A DNA stretch of 64,000 bases from Owenia fusiformis (lineage: Eukaryota). The stretch spans positions 18,662,001 to 18,726,000 of the forward strand of contig CAIIXF020000001.1 of assembly GCA_903813345.2 (NCBI GenBank). The letters run 5' to 3'. The notes under the pieces were generated by a model that was given only the letters and a program-made list of their open reading frames with translations, was not told the origin of the DNA and searched no databases. Positions 63,697 through 64,000 of this stretch are shown piece by piece; position 1 is the first letter of the stretch; every line of letters begins with the position of its first letter. The position numbers were made by a program, and so were the translations under genes.

Positions 63697-63839
63697 CTTA
63701 GTGTAGGTGCACTAGGGGGTACCCAGTAGTTCTGGTACATTTCCAGTGTAATGTTATGCCTGTCCTTGTATTTCCTACGTATTGCAATCATACGATTCTG
63801 GAAGAATTTCTGCACTGTACCATGAGGGTTCACAGACAT
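63697..63839 (-). CDS. Variable first exon V7 (47 aa + phase-2 donor)
   Basis: aaaaATG MSVNPHGTVQKFFQNRMIAIRRKYKDRHNITLEMYQNYWVPPSAPTL-AG|GTAAGT; 143 nt = 47 codons + 2; in-frame TAA three codons upstream of the ATG. Confidence 0.75.
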
Positions 63840-64000
63840 TTTTATTTAGACTTAGAGCTATGAATTTTACTCTCCTTTGATCCTTCATTTGTATTAAGTA
63901 CATTTGTCTTTATTGAGTGAAAAAAGATTAATGTCTTCAATGAACTATCCTAATGAATGACTTCAAACGACAATTTTGTTAATTTGTGATGTCTGACACA

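Overview
AT-rich animal genomic DNA, probably molluscan (inferred from the repeat families). It holds spliced genes in a dense background of non-autonomous transposons; there is no prokaryotic content and no CRISPR. Three minus-strand genes were reconstructed by hand with consistent GT-AG sites and phases. (1) The first three exons of an unidentified gene (11988 to 8489), which continues towards or beyond the left edge. (2) A complete 11-exon SSUH2 homolog (26306 to 15598, 546 aa) with a 14x GYPPQGQP N-terminal repeat, CxxCxGxG zinc-finger repeats and a CaaX tail. (3) A C8orf89-like gene with four constant exons (37496 to 35241). The most striking feature lies upstream of gene 3: at least seven unrelated, ATG-initiated exons spread over about 25 kb, each ending in a phase-2 donor that fits the single phase-2 acceptor at 37496. 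This looks like a variable-first-exon cassette. Other highlights are three CAC-terminated elements with 5-bp TSDs (Transib/RAG-transposon-like; one begins CACGGTG and carries a spliced gene remnant), a 3.2-kb solo LTR filled with three CTAAG-core arrays, a nested insertion stack that can be reconstructed from its TSDs, and a Helentron-type element carrying a 136/147-bp dimeric satellite. All family assignments come from recalled motifs and rules; no database search was run.
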